This document shows positions 26,911 through 37,353 of a stretch of 64,000 nucleotides of DNA, piece by piece. Both the position numbers and the translations under genes were made by a program. Every line of letters starts with the position of its first letter. Position 1 is the first letter of the stretch. The stretch comes from Candidatus Omnitrophota bacterium (lineage in GTDB: Bacteria; Omnitrophota; Gorgyraeia; Gygaellales; Profunditerraquicolaceae), in the NCBI GenBank assembly GCA_028717245.1, contig JAQUOD010000001.1, forward strand, positions 21,514 to 85,513. Reading direction: 5' to 3'. The notes beneath the pieces are model-generated. The model saw only the letters and a program-made list of their open reading frames with translations. It was not told the origin of the DNA and made no database searches.

Positions 26911-27972
26911 TTACAGATATTTTTTTGTCTTTATTTTTTTTACTACCTTCAGGAATGACTCTACGACCTTAGGGTCGAACTGCGTGCCGCTTTTTTTCTT
27001 TATTTCTTTTATGGCCGAGGCCATATCCATCCTTTCCCGGTAAGGCCTGCCGTAGACCATTGCCTCAAAGGCATCCGCCACAGCCATAATGCGCGCGCCT
27101 TGCGGGATCTGGCCTTTTTTAAGTTTTGAGGGGTATCCCGTGCCGTTGAATTTTTCGTGATGATGCATAATGATGGGTATAACCGGCCTTAAGATCTGTA
27201 AGTGCCTTAATATCTGCGCGCCTACAGCAGGGTGGCGTTTAATAATACTATATTCTTTCGCGGTGAGCTTTGTTGTCTTGGCCAGTATTTCCGGGGGGAT
27301 ATCCACCTTGCCTGCGTCATGCAACATGCTGGCGTATTTTAAACTTTCCACCTGCTTGGCATCAAGGTGCATTTGGTTGGCAATTAGCAAGACCAGGTGG
27401 CTGAAATACGGCGAGTGGGTGTATTCCTGAGGGACGCGCGCGTCCAATAACGTTACCAGCGATTTTATGCTGCCTAAAACTATTTTTTGCTGTTCTTTAT
27501 AAAGTTGCAGATTTTTTATCCCGATTATGGCCTGCTCGGCGATGGTCATGAGCATTTCCTGGTCGAACCTGTCGAACGGATTATCGCTGCCAGCCCTCTT
27601 TATAACGATTATGCCCGTTATATCTTCATAGACAAGCGGTATGCCTAAGGTGTTGCCCTTTCTTATTGACGTAAGTTTCTCGATGATTCTTTTTTCTATC
27701 CTGTTTGAAATTTTCATCCGTTTATCGATGACATGTTTTTGTTTACCGATAATCAGGCAGCGTAGTAACGAGTATTCTTTGGTATGGTCTAAGAGCAGGA
27801 TAAGGCAATAGCGGCAATGAAATATCTGGCAGATGAGCCGAGCCAGCCGGGGCAGCAGGTCCTCCAGTTCAAAGGTGGCGTTAACCAGCCGATAAATAGA
27901 ATGGATGGCGGAGATTAATGTCTTATACTTTTTCGTAGGGGTCAAATAGTTTTTTGTATTCATCGAGGGCAT
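26911..27972 (-). CDS. HD-GYP domain c-di-GMP phosphodiesterase with N-terminal GAF-like sensor
   Basis: HD..HHHEKFNGTGYP motif. Confidence 0.85.
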   Translation of the reverse strand: MPSMNTKNYLTPTKKYKTLISAIHSIYRLVNATFELEDLLPRLARLICQIFHCRYCLILLLDHTKEYSLLRCLIIGKQKHVIDKRMKISNRIEKRIIEKLTSIRKGNTLGIPLVYEDITGIIVIKRAGSDNPFDRFDQEMLMTIAEQAIIGIKNLQLYKEQQKIVLGSIKSLVTLLDARVPQEYTHSPYFSHLVLLIANQMHLDAKQVESLKYASMLHDAGKVDIPPEILAKTTKLTAKEYSIIKRHPAVGAQILRHLQILRPVIPIIMHHHEKFNGTGYPSKLKKGQIPQGARIMAVADAFEAMVYGRPYRERMDMASAIKEIKKKSGTQFDPKVVESFLKVVKKIKTKKYL

Positions 27973-29077
27973 ACCTGTCTGTCATGCCGGCAATATAATC
28001 GCAGACTGCGCGCCTTACGCCGTCAGCGGGTATATTCTTTTGTATCTTAGGCGGCAGTTGCCGGGGGTTATCTATGTAAGTTTTAAAGAGCTCCTGTATA
28101 AAACGTTTGGCTTTATTGCTCATTCTTATGACGCGATAATGGCGGTATAAGTTCTCCATAAGGAATTCGCGCAGGGGTTTTCTTATTTTACGCAATTCAC
28201 TGCTAAAGGCGATAATCTTTTTATCGGACTTCCTTACCTGGGCGCAGGATTTAAGTTTTAGTTTGCTTATTGTTTTTTCCGTTTCCCGGATGATGTCTGT
28301 AACCTGTATATCAATCAGCGACCTGATAATCAGGTATTTTCTCTGCTCACTATCTATTTTAGCATATTTTTTGGATATTTCTTTACTTATCTTATCCCAG
28401 AGGCCCACTTGTTTCAGGTCGGGTTCCTTCAATAACCCTGAGGTCAGGCCGTCGTCTATATCATGATTATCATAGGCTATCTCATCGGCGATATCCACTA
28501 CCTGGGTTTCTAACGTGGGCATTTCATTAGGCGCTAAACCCTTTATTTTATCAGACCTGTCAAATGCCGAGGAGTGTTTTACTATGCCCTCCCTTACCTC
28601 CCAGGTTAAATTCAGGCCGGGGAAATCCGGGTATTTTGCTTCTAATATATCTACAACCCTTAAACCGTGCAGATTGTGGTTGAAGCCGCCGTATTTTGCC
28701 ATAAGCTCATCTAAGGCGTCTTCTCCGGAATGGCCGAAAGGCGTATGGCCTAAATCATGCGCCAGGGCTATGGCCTCTGTCAGGTCGGCATTTAATCTTA
28801 AGGCACTGGCTATGGTCCTGGCAATCTGGGCGACTTCCAGGGTGTGCGTTAATCTTGTGCGGTAATAATCCCCCTCGTGATTTACGAATACCTGGGTTTT
28901 ATATTCCAGCCTTCTGAAGGCAGCGGAATGGATAATCCTGTCGCGGTCCCTCTGGTATACGGACCTGTAAGGATGTTCCTTTTCTTGATAGACCCTGCCT
29001 TTAGTCTGATGGCTTTTCATGGCATAAGGGGCAAGAAGGTTGTTTTCGGATTCTTTTATTTGCGCCTGATTAAACAT
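27923..29077 (-). CDS. dgt: dGTPase-like HD-domain triphosphohydrolase
   Basis: RLTHTLEVAQIAR..HDLGHTPFGH HD motifs. Confidence 0.85.
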   Translation of the reverse strand: MFNQAQIKESENNLLAPYAMKSHQTKGRVYQEKEHPYRSVYQRDRDRIIHSAAFRRLEYKTQVFVNHEGDYYRTRLTHTLEVAQIARTIASALRLNADLTEAIALAHDLGHTPFGHSGEDALDELMAKYGGFNHNLHGLRVVDILEAKYPDFPGLNLTWEVREGIVKHSSAFDRSDKIKGLAPNEMPTLETQVVDIADEIAYDNHDIDDGLTSGLLKEPDLKQVGLWDKISKEISKKYAKIDSEQRKYLIIRSLIDIQVTDIIRETEKTISKLKLKSCAQVRKSDKKIIAFSSELRKIRKPLREFLMENLYRHYRVIRMSNKAKRFIQELFKTYIDNPRQLPPKIQKNIPADGVRRAVCDYIAGMTDRYALDEYKKLFDPYEKV

Positions 29078-29537
29078 GTTTTTTTAATAATTTATATAAT
29101 TCATCCAGCGATTGCGAGATTACCTTGGTGTTATTTAGTATGGGCATAAAATTTATATCGCCCCTCCAGCGCGGGACAATGTGTATATGCAGGTGGTTGG
29201 CCTCTCCTGCTCCGGCGCTGGCCGATATATTGATGCCGATATTATATCCGTGCGGCCTTAAGGTTTTATCTAATACCTTCTTTGTTTTATTTAAGGTTTT
29301 AAACAAATCCAGCATTTCGGCGTCTTTAAGCTGGGATAAATCCCCGACGTGCCTTATGGGAGATACCATCACATGCCCGTTATTATACGGGAAGATATTG
29401 AGCATGGAGAATGAGTATCTGGTTTTAGTTATAATATAACTCCTATGTTTAGCCTTTAATTCCCGGCAAAATATGCATTTTTTCTGCTTTTTTGCTTTCA
29501 GGTATTTCATTCTCCAGGGCGCCCAGAGCCTGTCCAT
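29070..29537 (-). CDS. HIT-family nucleotide hydrolase
   Basis: Histidine triad HLHIHIV. Confidence 0.8.
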   Translation of the reverse strand: MDRLWAPWRMKYLKAKKQKKCIFCRELKAKHRSYIITKTRYSFSMLNIFPYNNGHVMVSPIRHVGDLSQLKDAEMLDLFKTLNKTKKVLDKTLRPHGYNIGINISASAGAGEANHLHIHIVPRWRGDINFMPILNNTKVISQSLDELYKLLKKHV

Positions 29538-29600
29538 GAGTTAAATATTTATCGTTAGCTTTAAACTGTTTTTTTAGGCTTATAGCTTACGGCTTACAAC

Positions 29601-30089
29601 TTATAACCTAATAATACTGGCTTTTATTTTACCATTAATTTCTATGATTCCATAGGAATTATAGTCGGCAAAGACCTTATCCGTGGCGCTGCCTGGATTA
29701 AAATAGATTACGCCGCCTTTATTTTCGTTCGTGGCAGAATGCGAGTGGCCGAAGATAACTAAATCTACGCCTTCATTTTTAAATATACCTTCCATAAGTT
29801 CTATCAGTTGATTGGGCGGCCCATACCCGTGCATGACGCCAATTTTATAATTACCTGCCTGCACGATCTCTTTCTCCGGCAGCACCTTCCTTACTTCGTA
29901 AGGATCCATATTGCCCCAGACCGCCTTTACGTTTTTACAGACAGTCCTCAATTGGTCTAAGACGCTTAAGTCCACGAGGTCTCCGGCATGGATAACCATA
30001 TCAACGCCTCTAAAGGCATGTAATATCGCCTCCGGTATATCCTTTGCCCGGTCAGGTATGTGTGTATCTGCGATGACTCCGATTTTCAC
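29601..30089 (-). CDS. YfcE/MJ0936-type metallophosphoesterase
   Basis: GDxHxP..GDLVD..GHSH motifs. Confidence 0.8.
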   Translation of the reverse strand: MKIGVIADTHIPDRAKDIPEAILHAFRGVDMVIHAGDLVDLSVLDQLRTVCKNVKAVWGNMDPYEVRKVLPEKEIVQAGNYKIGVMHGYGPPNQLIELMEGIFKNEGVDLVIFGHSHSATNENKGGVIYFNPGSATDKVFADYNSYGIIEINGKIKASIIRL

Positions 30090-30140
30090 CCCGCTCTTCC
30101 TTTCTATTTATTCCCCGGCCCTATTTAGGAAGGGCGGGGC

Positions 30141-31733
30141 TCACGCGATAATCCTGGGCTTATAAAACAAATCTAATATCTGATTTAAGTTATTTAAGTC
30201 CCACGTCCAGATTTTTTCTTCCAGGGCCCGAAGCCTGGTAGTGGGGTCTATCTCCTGTAAGGCGATAATAATTTTTCTCTGTGTTTTATGGCGGTATTTC
30301 TTGCATTCCCTAGCGAAGTCCGTAATGTCCCTTTCGGTCAATAAATCGTTCTTAAGGGCGATTATCCAAAGGTTATCATGCGAACGCCCAATCACGCCTT
30401 CCCTCAAGCCCTGGCCGTTAAATTCCAGGTTTTTGATTTCCCTGAAATGGCTCAGCCTAACCCGTTTCTTGTCTATCTGTATGATTTCATCTTCGAAGAG
30501 GCGCAGTAATTCTTTCATCCGTTCTATTATGGGCCTCTGTGTATTTGCGAGGAATTCACGGATCATCCCTTCTATTTTATCCCTGAAAAGCACCTTCTGG
30601 TTCTTTGCGTCAAAGGTCAGAGACTGCATCTTTTCCTGGTAGACGAATTTCAGCCAGAAACTGAATACGCGGTCGTTGACTTTCAGGAAGTCGCCGCTAC
30701 GGCTTATTGTATCCAGTTCCAGCAGATGGTTTATTCGTAACGCCAGTTCTTTCTTCTGCTTACGCAGGATGTGGGCGATATCTTTTATTTTATTATGGCC
30801 GTTAGAGATTAGGTAGAGGATGGTTATATAGTCCTGGCTAAAAGGCGTATCCAGGAAGCGCTTGAGGTAATTAGAAAATTTCTGATGCAGCAGCCCCGTA
30901 GGCAGGTAAAGCAGGTCTTCGAGTATATCCGTTAAGCCAGAGATATTATTTTTCGATAACTCTTTAGTTATCAACTCTAAATAAAATGGGCTTCCTCCGG
31001 TAAAATGGACCAGGAAATTTTTTAACCCCTTATCTATACTTAGGCCCTTAAGCATATATTCCAGATAACCCTCGCTTATTTTTACGTCAAAGGGTTCTAC
31101 GGTAAGTATTTCAAAATTCCCGAACAGCAAAGATAGATTCTTGGAGAGTATGGCCCTGGCCTTGAATTTCATGGAGCTGATGATGATATACATTGTTTTT
31201 TTCTGCAGGATTAATAATTTAGACCATTCGGGATAAAGGTTCTTGGCGCCTATATTTTCCAGGTTCTGGAATTCGTCGAATATGACTACGCAGAATTTAT
31301 CCGTTTCCTGATGGATGGCCTCGCACAAGGAAAAAAGTTCAATAAAATTATTGTTTTTCCTTGTTTTATCCAGGGGGGTTAAGATGGATTTTATCTTTTC
31401 TACGGCCTTGGGTATATACTTTTCGGATTTTTTAATCAGGAAATCCAGGTCTTCTTTTAAGGGGATGCCGCTATTTGCCAGAAAGTTGTAGAGCAGCACG
31501 CCGATAAACCTCCTGGCGAAAGAGGCGAAGGATTCCGGCCTGATTTCCATATATAAGGTGATTATGCGGGTATCATAAAATTTATTCAGGAATTTAAATA
31601 TTATCGCTGTTTTTCCGACGAGCTCATCCCCGATAATGGCGATATTCTGGCGGTAGCCGTCCTTTAGGTCGGTGATGCGTTTTTCTAAGGCATCCAGATA
31701 AAATTCGCGGCCGAAAAATGTATCTTTTTTCAT
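30141..31733 (-). CDS. AAA+/archaeal-ATPase-like ATP-binding protein (DUF234-type)
   Basis: Walker A GDELVGKT, Walker B VVIFDEFQ. Confidence 0.6.
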   Translation of the reverse strand: MKKDTFFGREFYLDALEKRITDLKDGYRQNIAIIGDELVGKTAIIFKFLNKFYDTRIITLYMEIRPESFASFARRFIGVLLYNFLANSGIPLKEDLDFLIKKSEKYIPKAVEKIKSILTPLDKTRKNNNFIELFSLCEAIHQETDKFCVVIFDEFQNLENIGAKNLYPEWSKLLILQKKTMYIIISSMKFKARAILSKNLSLLFGNFEILTVEPFDVKISEGYLEYMLKGLSIDKGLKNFLVHFTGGSPFYLELITKELSKNNISGLTDILEDLLYLPTGLLHQKFSNYLKRFLDTPFSQDYITILYLISNGHNKIKDIAHILRKQKKELALRINHLLELDTISRSGDFLKVNDRVFSFWLKFVYQEKMQSLTFDAKNQKVLFRDKIEGMIREFLANTQRPIIERMKELLRLFEDEIIQIDKKRVRLSHFREIKNLEFNGQGLREGVIGRSHDNLWIIALKNDLLTERDITDFARECKKYRHKTQRKIIIALQEIDPTTRLRALEEKIWTWDLNNLNQILDLFYKPRIIA

Positions 31734-32398
31734 GGGAGGTAAAAATAAGGGTTCTGGGGGATATGCCCTTTCCTTATCTCAAAGTGCAGATATGTGTTTT
31801 TATCGTTATCCGTGTAGCCTGCCTTGGCAATAACGGCGCCCCTTTGCACATAGCTGCCATTTTTAACAAGAATTTGGGAGTTCCTGGCGTAGACAGTTAA
31901 GAAGCCATCGCCGTGGTCGATAATTATGGTCCTGCCGAAGCCCCCGAAATTATCATCGGAGAAAACAATTTTTCCGCTACGCGAAGCCAGCACATCCGGG
32001 TTGTGATAACATTGTATATTCAAACCCTTATTGAGCATATTATTGAATGTCTGGCCGAAAGTAGAGATAACCTTGCCTCTTGCCGGCCAGATGAAATTTT
32101 CCGCCTGGCCCTTAGAGGTTAAATATTGCGTTTTTTGGCGGTGGGGTATAAATATGAGTTGCCCTGCGTCTATGGCTGCGGCATCGGGGATATGGTTTAT
32201 TCCCACAATCTCATCTAAGTCCACGTTATAAATTTTTGAGATCTGCCATAGGGTCTGGCCCCTTTCTACGCGATGGTAGATTCCGGGTATGCCTTTGGGC
32301 GGAGTTGGTTTTATGTAAGGGGTGGGAGCGCAACCAGCCAAGAAGAGCAGGTAACAGATGATATGTATAAGATATAATGATGACTTTAACTTAAGCAT
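31730..32398 (-). CDS. LysM + M23 peptidase lipoprotein (NlpD-like)
   Basis: Lipobox LAGC, LysM YHRVERGQTLWQISKIY, M23 motifs HxxxD and HFEI. Confidence 0.8.
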   Translation of the reverse strand: MLKLKSSLYLIHIICYLLFLAGCAPTPYIKPTPPKGIPGIYHRVERGQTLWQISKIYNVDLDEIVGINHIPDAAAIDAGQLIFIPHRQKTQYLTSKGQAENFIWPARGKVISTFGQTFNNMLNKGLNIQCYHNPDVLASRSGKIVFSDDNFGGFGRTIIIDHGDGFLTVYARNSQILVKNGSYVQRGAVIAKAGYTDNDKNTYLHFEIRKGHIPQNPYFYLP

Positions 32399-32431
32399 AA
32401 ATTATATACTTCCGCCAAAAAGCTAAAAACA

Positions 32432-32502
32432 AGCGGGCGAAGGGAATTGAACCCTCCTATCCAGCTTGGGAAGCTGGTGTTCTACCGATGAACTACGCCC
32501 GC
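32432..32502 (-). tRNA. tRNA-Gly (anticodon CCC), no encoded CCA, discriminator U
   Basis: Reverse complement gives GCGGGCG acceptor, D-arm GTTCATCGGTAGAAC, anticodon loop TTCCCAA, T-arm GAGGGTTCAATTCCCTT. Confidence 0.8.
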
Positions 32503-33777
32503 ATTGCATTTTTCTATTAACTTAATAGAACAATATCTTCCGCACATGGTGCATACGTCAGATAATTTTGGCTTTGAAGAGTTTCTATAGCATCTGGCTT
32601 TATCGGGGTCTATGGATAAGGTAATTTGTTTTTTCCAGTCGCGTTTTTTTCTGGCCAGCGACATTTGTTTATCGCGTTCTATCGCCGATTTTACCCCTTT
32701 TGCTATATCGGCGGCGTGCGCGGCGATTTTAGAAGCTATCACGCCCTCCCTTACGTCTTCTACGGAAGGGTGCCGTAAATGTTCGGAGGCAGTGACATAA
32801 CATAAAAAATCCGCACCTAAACTTGCCGCTAAAGCAGCACCGATGGAGGCGCTGATATGGTCATAACCGGCGGCGATATCAGTGACCAAAGGCCCTAAGA
32901 CATAAAACGGCGCCTGGTGGCAGAGTCTTTTCTCTAAAGCAATATTTTTTTTAATCTCATTTAACGGCACATGCCCGGGCCCTTCAATCATGACCTGGAC
33001 ATTTTTTCTTTTTGCCTGCTGGGCGAGTTTTCCCAGTATTTCTAGCTCAGAAATTTGCGCCTCATCGGTTGCATCCAGTATTGAACCCGGCCTTAGGCCG
33101 TCTCCTAAACTTAAGGTTACGTCGTAGCTGTAGGCAATATCCAGAATTTTATCGAAATACTCAAAAAAGGGGTTTTCTTTTTTATATCTGGTCATCCAGC
33201 TGGCGATTATTGCCCCGCCCCTGGATACGATATCCAGTATCCTCTTATGTTTCTTCAGGGCAGCCAAACTCTTCTTGGTTACGCCGGCATGGATGGTAAA
33301 AAAATCCACTCCCTCTTTTGCCTGCGATTCTAAAGTTGCGATTACGTCATCGGCGTTAAATTTTAAAAAGTCGCCTTGCGTTTTTTGGGCGTTGACCGCT
33401 ATTTCGTAAACAGGCACTGTTCCTATTGGCACGGGAGAACGGCGCAGTATTTCTCTTCTTATTTTTTTGATGTTGCCCCCCACGCTTAGGTCCATAATTG
33501 TATCTGCGCCGTATCTTACCGCTACAGCCAGCTTTTTTAATTCCTCCTTAAGGGATGATTTATCGGTAGAGGTGCCGATATTGGCGTTTATCTTTGTGCG
33601 CAGCCCGTAACCTATGGCGCATGGCTTTTTTATTTTATGGTTTTTGTTTTGAGGGATGACGGCCCTGCCTTCTTTGATGTATTTTAAAAGCAGCCCCTGG
33701 GGTATGCCCTCGTTTTGCGCAAGGCCTTTCATCAGGGTAGTGAGGGTATTGTTTTTTGCGTATTCTAATTGCGTCAT
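32482..33777 (-). CDS. thiC: Phosphomethylpyrimidine synthase
   Basis: Full-length ThiC similarity incl. C-terminal CTMCGRYCS Fe-S motif; predicted stop overlaps tRNA-Gly 5' end by ~20 nt. Confidence 0.85.
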   Translation of the reverse strand: MTQLEYAKNNTLTTLMKGLAQNEGIPQGLLLKYIKEGRAVIPQNKNHKIKKPCAIGYGLRTKINANIGTSTDKSSLKEELKKLAVAVRYGADTIMDLSVGGNIKKIRREILRRSPVPIGTVPVYEIAVNAQKTQGDFLKFNADDVIATLESQAKEGVDFFTIHAGVTKKSLAALKKHKRILDIVSRGGAIIASWMTRYKKENPFFEYFDKILDIAYSYDVTLSLGDGLRPGSILDATDEAQISELEILGKLAQQAKRKNVQVMIEGPGHVPLNEIKKNIALEKRLCHQAPFYVLGPLVTDIAAGYDHISASIGAALAASLGADFLCYVTASEHLRHPSVEDVREGVIASKIAAHAADIAKGVKSAIERDKQMSLARKKRDWKKQITLSIDPDKARCYRNSSKPKLSDVCTMCGRYCSIKLIEKCNAGVVHR

Positions 33778-33787
33778 TACCGGATTA

Positions 33788-34234
33788 TTACAGGCGGGTT
33801 TCTATGCCCGGGAATATTTTTTTAGCAGTTTTTCTTTCCAGCTCATAAATACCGTACCTTAATCTTTTGAACCCAACGGCAGTTTTTTTATTCATGAGCT
33901 TGGAGAATTCTTCCAGTACCCTGATCGATTCCTTCACGCGCTGAATATTCGCAAAGAAAATTTCCTGGTAATTACTGCGTTTTAATTCATTTATATAGAT
34001 ACCTTTGCCTACGTCATTTCGGCTTTGCCTATAACGGAGCAATTCTGTTTTTTTAGGCAGGCATTTCAATATAGTATTAATCCCGTGCCTTATTTTCTTG
34101 AAACTTGTTGTCAGGCCTTTATCGTTTAAGATAAACCTGGTGACTTCTTCGCATACGCGTAGGCCCTCTGTCGCGCGGTTTATATTAGCGTCGATAATCC
34201 TATGGACAATCTTTTTTCTATCGGGCTTGGGCAA
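33788..34234 (-). CDS. Hypothetical protein co-transcribed with thiC
   Basis: No confident family assignment. Confidence 0.35.
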   Translation of the reverse strand: MPKPDRKKIVHRIIDANINRATEGLRVCEEVTRFILNDKGLTTSFKKIRHGINTILKCLPKKTELLRYRQSRNDVGKGIYINELKRSNYQEIFFANIQRVKESIRVLEEFSKLMNKKTAVGFKRLRYGIYELERKTAKKIFPGIETRL

Positions 34235-34706
34235 CTTTTTTGATTATAGCGGTAGTAGACCTGTTTTTTACTAATTTTATGGTATGGACCCTGCCCCCGT
34301 ATTTTAAGACAATATCTTTGCCTACGATGTCGTTCTTGTCCCAGTCTGAACCTTTGATAAGCACATCCGGTTTAAGGATTTTTATTATCTCTAGCGGCGT
34401 AGTCTGGTTAAAAGAGGCCACATAATCTACGCTTTCTAAGGCCGCTACTATACGCAGCCTGTCCTTTTGCCGCACAATCGGCCTTTTGCTGCCTTTTATT
34501 TTTCTCACCGAGGCGTCGCTATTTACAGCCACTATCAGGCAATCGCCTTTTCTCTTAGCTTCTTGCAGGTATTTTACATGGCCGTAGTGCAGTATATCAA
34601 AACAGCCGTTAGTGAAGACGATTCTTTCGCCATGTTTTTTCAGGTAAGAGACTATCCTCTTCAATTTATCCGGGCTCTTTATTTTATCCTCTAAGAGACG
34701 TATCAT
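34218..34706 (-). CDS. D-beta-D-heptose 1-phosphate adenylyltransferase (RfaE domain II-like cytidylyltransferase)
   Basis: TNGCFDILHYGH nucleotidyltransferase motif. Confidence 0.8.
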   Translation of the reverse strand: MIRLLEDKIKSPDKLKRIVSYLKKHGERIVFTNGCFDILHYGHVKYLQEAKRKGDCLIVAVNSDASVRKIKGSKRPIVRQKDRLRIVAALESVDYVASFNQTTPLEIIKILKPDVLIKGSDWDKNDIVGKDIVLKYGGRVHTIKLVKNRSTTAIIKKVAQAR

Positions 34707-34719
34707 TAGTGGTTTTAGT

Positions 34720-35289
34720 TTATTGGCAGAAGGCCTGTTCTACCAGTTCGCAAATGATATGCCCGACGATGATGTGCGCCTCCTGTGTCCTGGCAGTGAC
34801 CGAAGAAGGCACTACCAGCGATACATCAGCTAGTTTAGCCAATTCCCCTCCATCCGCTCCGGTGAGGGCGATTGTTTTTATCCCCATTTTTTTTGCCTGC
34901 TTGATCCCGCAGGCAACGTTTTTTGCCTTTCCGCTTGTGGATATCCCGATAACCACGTCGTTCTTTTGTCCCAAGGCCTCTACCTGTTTTGCAAAGACGA
35001 ACTCGTAGCCGTAATCATTAGCCAGCGCCGTTATTATAGAGGTATTTGTGGTCAGGGCAATAGCCGGCAGGGCATCCCTGTCTTTTTTAAACCTGCCTAC
35101 TAATTCTGCGGCAATATGCTGGCTGTCACTGGCTGAACCGCCGTTACCGAACAGGATTACTTTACCGTTTTTCTTTAAGGCGTCAATAACGATAGTGGTG
35201 ATTTCTATGATTTGGCTTAAGCCTGTGCGCATTAATTCTTCTTTGACCTGGATGCTTTCCAACAGTATATCTTTAATTCTGTCTCTCAT
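34720..35289 (-). CDS. gmhA: Phosphoheptose isomerase (SIS domain)
   Basis: LFGNGGSASDSQH and SIS fold pattern. Confidence 0.85.
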   Translation of the reverse strand: MRDRIKDILLESIQVKEELMRTGLSQIIEITTIVIDALKKNGKVILFGNGGSASDSQHIAAELVGRFKKDRDALPAIALTTNTSIITALANDYGYEFVFAKQVEALGQKNDVVIGISTSGKAKNVACGIKQAKKMGIKTIALTGADGGELAKLADVSLVVPSSVTARTQEAHIIVGHIICELVEQAFCQ

Positions 35290-35303
35290 CTGCCCGCTCC
35301 GTT

Positions 35304-36335
35304 TTAACCAAAGAATTCCTTTGCGATAGAGTAAAGTTCCATATCCACTGTTTTTAAAGCGGATACCGCTTCTTCAATGGCCACGTCAACGATTTTATTC
35401 CCTACCAGCGCGGCCATCCTGCCGAATTTCTTGTTTTTTATTAATTCCACTGCCTTTACCCCGAATCTTGTACCTAAAACTCTATCAAAAGCGCTGGGAG
35501 TGCCTCCTCTTTGAATATGGCCGAGGACGCTTACCCTTGTTTCGTAGCCCGTCCTTTTTTCTATCTCCTGGCCTAAAGATTCGCCTATTCCCCCTAACCT
35601 GACATGCCCGAATTCATCCAGTTTTTCTTCCTGCGTAATCATAGTGCCTTCTTTGAATTTCGCGCCTTCAGCTACCACCACTATGCTGAAGAGTTTGCCT
35701 CGCGTATGCCTCTTTTTTATAATAGCGCAGGTTTCCTCGATATCAATAGGCAGTTCGGGTATTAAAATTACGTCCGCCCCGCCTGCTATCCCCGCTTCTA
35801 TGGCGATCCATCCGGCGTGCCTGCCCATGACTTCTACGACGATGATGCGGTGATGGCTTTCGGCAGTAGTATGCAGTTTGTCAATGCACTCCGTGGCAGT
35901 ATTTAACGCCGTGTCAAAACCAAAGGTATAGTCTGTGGCAGAGAGGTCGTTATCTATGGTCTTGGGCACCCCCACAATATTAGTGATGCCGTCTTTGATT
36001 AATTTTGAGGCTACCCCTAAGGTATCTTCTCCGCCTACAGCAATAAGGGCGTCTAAACCGATTTTCTTATAATTGTCCCTTAGTTTTTGCAGGTCGCCTT
36101 CTTTTTTATATGGGTTTGTCCGGCTCGTGCCCAATATTGTCCCGCCCTTAGGCAATATGCCGGAGACGCTGGCAAGATTTAAGCTGACAATATCGTTTTC
36201 AATCAGGCCTTTCCAGCCGTTTTTGATACCGATTATTTCGTGCCCTTCATTTACTGCCTTTCTGACTGCCGCTCTGATTACCGGATTTAAGCCCGGGCAA
36301 TCGCCTCCTCCGGTAAGAATACCAATTTTTGCCAT
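35304..36335 (-). CDS. pfk: 6-phosphofructokinase
   Basis: GILTGGGDCPGLN, GGDG-type and substrate-binding motifs. Confidence 0.85.
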   Translation of the reverse strand: MAKIGILTGGGDCPGLNPVIRAAVRKAVNEGHEIIGIKNGWKGLIENDIVSLNLASVSGILPKGGTILGTSRTNPYKKEGDLQKLRDNYKKIGLDALIAVGGEDTLGVASKLIKDGITNIVGVPKTIDNDLSATDYTFGFDTALNTATECIDKLHTTAESHHRIIVVEVMGRHAGWIAIEAGIAGGADVILIPELPIDIEETCAIIKKRHTRGKLFSIVVVAEGAKFKEGTMITQEEKLDEFGHVRLGGIGESLGQEIEKRTGYETRVSVLGHIQRGGTPSAFDRVLGTRFGVKAVELIKNKKFGRMAALVGNKIVDVAIEEAVSALKTVDMELYSIAKEFFG

Positions 36336-36360
36336 ATCCTCGCTCCTTTTATTTTATATT

Positions 36361-36963
36361 TTACACCCTGTAACCGCCAAACGGTATGGGGGGTTCTTCT
36401 TTTAATTGTTCTTTTCTTCTTTTATCTGTTTCCTGCGCAGAGATAATTTTTGCTACGTGAATCCTGATAATAATCTGCTCTTCAATCCCTAAAATTTCCT
36501 GTATTTTAGAGCGGGTTATCTCCTGCAGCCGTCCGGTCAGCTCCGGGATATTCGCCTCCGATTTCAGGACGACCCTGATATCGACGATGATACCTTTTTT
36601 AGTGGCGATTACATCAGGCCTCAATTCTTTTATTTCCGGGATAATAAAGCCTACCCGTTTTATCAGGTCTTCCACCGCTGAAAGCGCGATAGTTACCTCT
36701 CCCGAAGAAGTAGTGAAGGCAATAGTCTTCTCACGCTGGAACCTGCCCAAGATTAATTGCGCAAACGAGAAACTTATGAGTATTAACAAGAGGCCCGAAA
36801 GCCCGACGATTATCCTGGAATTAATCCCGTATTGCGCGTATGCCAAGAGGTTATTTATGTCTTGGGGCTGTAATAGGTTGAGAGAGAAAATTATCATTAC
36901 TAATCCGATTAAAATAAGCACTACCGCATAAAATAATATCCCTAAGACCGTGAATATGCGCAT
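36361..36963 (-). CDS. Asp23/Gls24-family alkaline-shock protein with N-terminal membrane anchor
   Basis: Two TM helices then Asp23-like domain. Confidence 0.55.
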   Translation of the reverse strand: MRIFTVLGILFYAVVLILIGLVMIIFSLNLLQPQDINNLLAYAQYGINSRIIVGLSGLLLILISFSFAQLILGRFQREKTIAFTTSSGEVTIALSAVEDLIKRVGFIIPEIKELRPDVIATKKGIIVDIRVVLKSEANIPELTGRLQEITRSKIQEILGIEEQIIIRIHVAKIISAQETDKRRKEQLKEEPPIPFGGYRV

Positions 36964-36966
36964 AAG

Positions 36967-37320
36967 TTACCCCCTCTCTATACCCTGCACGTTTATATTG
37001 ATATATTTGATGGATAGGCTGGTCATTTTCTCCAAGGCGTTACGTACATTTTCCTGGGCCTTATTGGCTACTTCGGGTATGTTGGAGCCGTATTTTATCA
37101 CGAGCGGAATTTCTACGCGTATCTCCTCGTTTTTGTCAATCTGGACATCAATAGCCGTTGCGGATTTTTGCCCGATTAATTCCAGTATTCCGCTTTTTAA
37201 GTCTTTGCCGATACGTTTTACGCCCTCAATTTCCACTGCCGCTAAAGACGCTATTGAGGCAATGACGTTTTTATGTATCCTGATTTTTCCTAAATCCGTT
37301 TGTGATTCTTCTTTATGCAT
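36967..37320 (-). CDS. Asp23/Gls24-family protein
   Basis: HKNVIASIASLAAVEIEGV pattern typical of Asp23. Confidence 0.7.
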   Translation of the reverse strand: MHKEESQTDLGKIRIHKNVIASIASLAAVEIEGVKRIGKDLKSGILELIGQKSATAIDVQIDKNEEIRVEIPLVIKYGSNIPEVANKAQENVRNALEKMTSLSIKYININVQGIERG

Positions 37321-37353
37321 TGCCCCCTCCTGCTTACGCCAGGCACGGCGAAA

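Noticed and set aside
33778-34234. TPP riboswitch upstream of thiC
   Set aside because: No intergenic space upstream of thiC on the minus strand and I could not see the CUGAGA/ACCUGAUCUGGAUAAUGCCAGCG core anywhere nearby
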